Origin: an uncultured Verrucomicrobiae bacterium
GTDB taxonomy: Bacteria > Verrucomicrobiota > Verrucomicrobiia > Opitutales > JABDGR01
Assembly (NCBI GenBank): GCA_963765205.1
Contig: CAVXVB010000011.1
Coordinates: 128,001 to 192,000 of the forward strand
Reading direction: 5' to 3'
DNA: 64,000 bases
This document shows, piece by piece, positions 61,775-64,000 of this stretch. How positions within the stretch are numbered: the stretch's first letter is position 1; each line of letters begins with the position of its first letter. The position numbers and the translations under genes are program-made. The notes under the pieces are model-generated. The model worked only from the letters and a program-made list of their open reading frames with translations, was not told the DNA's origin and searched no databases.

Positions 61775-62215
61775 CTATGGTTGGTGCGTGGGTTCATTTG
61801 CGAATATCGCGAGCGAAAAGATAAAGAGGGCAAAGCTGACTAAACTGCAAGTAATCACAAATCTGTCCCATTGCCTTCGTTTAGAATCAGGCCACGCCGA
61901 AAATATCTTCTTATAAAATTCATAATTAATCGCTTTTTCTGTGGTAAATGGGTGGGTTACAAACACAACACCTAAACTGACAATCAGGAAACCCGCTCCT
62001 TTGGTCAGTGTTGTATTGCCGGTCAGTTCCGTAAATAGGCCGATTGCAGTACAAATCCAAAAGAAACGGAGTAGTCCCAGCATCATATGCGCCTTAACCA
62101 ACATCCAGGTGTCGAGGGCATCGTTGCTCAGGAACATCCGCCCAGTCTTATAAGCGCCAAATCGGATCTGCAGCCGAATGTGGGCGTAGAGCAGATAGCT
62201 GAAAAACATTTTCAT
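61775..62215 (-). CDS. Hypothetical low-GC membrane protein
   Basis: 146-aa ORF with about three hydrophobic segments and atypical codon usage. Confidence 0.6.
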   Translation of the reverse strand: MKMFFSYLLYAHIRLQIRFGAYKTGRMFLSNDALDTWMLVKAHMMLGLLRFFWICTAIGLFTELTGNTTLTKGAGFLIVSLGVVFVTHPFTTEKAINYEFYKKIFSAWPDSKRRQWDRFVITCSLVSFALFIFSLAIFANEPTHQP

Positions 62216-62345
62216 ACGGGCGGGGCAAGGGGTCAGGCTGCACCTTATTACCTAAATTTTTTAAGGAGAGGGCTGGGTTTGGGTTGGTGGCGGAAAGAGT
62301 CATGTGTGCAGCTTGCGAGGTTTTAGGCTGAAAGGTTGCGCCAGG

Positions 62346-64000
62346 CTATGGCGCCGCCGTCAACTGCACGGTGCCGAGCAGGCCGGAGGGCAGGGGCCGG
62401 TAATTGCTCAGGTTCTGGTTGTCGAAACGGTTGCCGCCGAGCAGCGGATCGGCTTTCACCGAGGTCATGTCCGGCTCGGGATGGGCCGAGAGATAATTGA
62501 CCGCGCGATTGCCGACTTGGATGCGGATTTGATTCGCGCCGGGCTTGAGCAGGCTCGTCACGTCCACGCGATACGGCGGGCACCAGACCGCGCCCGCCCG
62601 CTGGCCGTTGACCCAGACGACGGCGACGTTGCCGATGGGTTGCTGGATGGCGGCGGACAGGCGCTGGCCACCGCCGCCGCCGGGCTGCCCTTCCCCAAAA
62701 TAAATGCTGGTCTTGAGGCCGCCTTGCAACATCGCGGCCGGCACGTCAACGTCCTTGGCAAAGGTGGCGACGCCGGAGAAACTGGCCAGGTCCGGCTCGG
62801 TGGTCCACGAGGCCCCGGCATCCATCTGGCGGGGCGCGGGGTCGGCCTCGGCGGAAGAATTTTTAAAAGTCACCGCCCAGTCCTTGCTGAGGTCCAACGG
62901 CGCGGGCACGGCCCCGGACGCCGTGGCCGGGGCGGGCAATTGGCGATGGGAAAACACAATAAACTGCGTGCCATAGGCGGGCAGGCTGACCGGGATGCCG
63001 GTGGCCCCCGCATAAGCCTGGACATTGGCCACGGGCGAAACCCGCCCGGTGACGGCGTCCCACCATTTCGGGGGTCAAGCCATCCGTGCGGATAATCGCG
63101 GTGTCGCTGACGGGTTGGTTCGAGGTGTTGACCAGGAAATAAACTTCGCCGCCGTCCAGGTGGCGATGCACGAAGCCAAGCTCGGAGTGGGTTTTGGAAT
63201 ACGCCACGTCGGGCCGCAGCTTGGCAATCAACGCCGCGCCCAGCTGGGCGGGGGTCGTGACGATGCCCTTGGCGTTGGGGCCGGAGAAGAGCCGTTGGCT
63301 GATGGCCTGGATGGCCTGGTTGTCGGCGTCCGTGGCGAGGAAGCCGGGCGCTTGCGAGGGCAGCGCCCCCGTGGCGATGAGAATGCCGCCGTGGTTGGCG
63401 AAATCCTCGAATTTTTGCAGCGTCGCCAGCGGCATGCGCACCAGGCCGGGCAGGACGACCACTTTGTATTTCGAGTCGCCAAAGGCGAGCGTGCCGCCCT
63501 CCACTTTGCCGCGCAGGGCCAGGACGCCGTCATCGGTAAAATCAAAATCATATCCGCTGTCGAGAATGGCGGGAATGAGCGGGTTGACATAGCGGGCGTT
63601 GAAACCGGAGGCGGCCAGGTTGCTCGGGGTGGCGTCGGTGTATTCATCGTCCTCGGGCAGATAAATGGCCACGTCATTGGCCGGTGCGCCTTGGCGGAGC
63701 AGGTAAGAGGCGCGGGCGAGGTAAGTCGTCACGTCGTTCATGGCAATCCACCAGGGGTTGCGGTCGTTAAAAATGGCGGAAACGTAGAAATGCCAGCCGG
63801 GATATTCCACGCCCGGCGCATTATAGGGCCAGCCATGGCAAAGGAACTGGTTGACGCCGTTGAGGAAGTCCATGTTGGACTCCGCCTTGATGTCAATCGG
63901 CATGGCGTTGAAGACCGGATCGTGCAACCAGGTGAAGGCTTCGGCGCTGGTGACGGCCCGGCCCAGCAGGTGGGCGGAGGAGGCGGCCCAGCGCGTGGCG
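62346..64000 (-). CDS. GH106/GH2-like glycoside hydrolase, C-terminal part; frameshift at ~63067
   Basis: SSAHLLG..SAEAFTW, GVNQFLCHGWPY, NPWW, YFLVN and a jelly-roll VWVNGQRAGAVWCPPY. Removing one A restores EWWDAVTG. Confidence 0.8.

Noticed and set aside
61183..61843. ORFs 61183-61671 (-) and 61538-61843 (+) as genes
   Set aside because: No motifs, implausible composition, and overlap with repeats and hairpins.
2383..63070. Programmed frameshifting or mass pseudogenisation (toxin, ade, tyrS, acnA x2, aspartyl protease, APC copy B, terminal GH)
   Set aside because: Each break is a single-base indel, mostly in or next to short homopolymers. Both halves are conserved and essential tyrS is affected, so long-read consensus error is the simplest explanation.

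Overview
GC-rich bacterial chromosomal segment, probably Verrucomicrobiota/Opitutia (inferred from gene content, an ECF sigma factor with a long C-terminal extension, and starts lacking Shine-Dalgarno sequences). The left half mixes housekeeping genes (gmhA-like, guaB, ade, ferredoxin, tyrS, acnA, purB, a PFK-fold gene) with two toxin-antitoxin pairs, an ECF sigma/paralog pair, small DNA-binding proteins, GH63, GH35 and a tarD-dctA cassette. The middle holds a PP2C-Ser/Thr kinase fusion next to two head-to-head paralogous APC permeases. Each permease carries an unusual ~200-aa repeated loop insert, and they share an intergenic region with a one-directional IHF/sigma54 promoter. The right 25 kb is a pectin/rhamnogalacturonan/uronate degradation cluster (GH105, UxuA, GH115, GH2, two GH28, DUF4450-like, two GH106-like, CE12, YhcH) plus an FTR1 iron permease. 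Main oddities: the APC/kinase module; an intact PFK homolog with every catalytic motif replaced; many intergenic palindromes built from 7-9-nt tandem units; and sharply bounded AT-rich patches inside intact genes. About eight single-base frameshifts, one in essential tyrS, indicate long-read indel errors. No tRNA, rRNA, CRISPR array or transposase was recognised. All calls come from reading motifs by eye; no searches were run.
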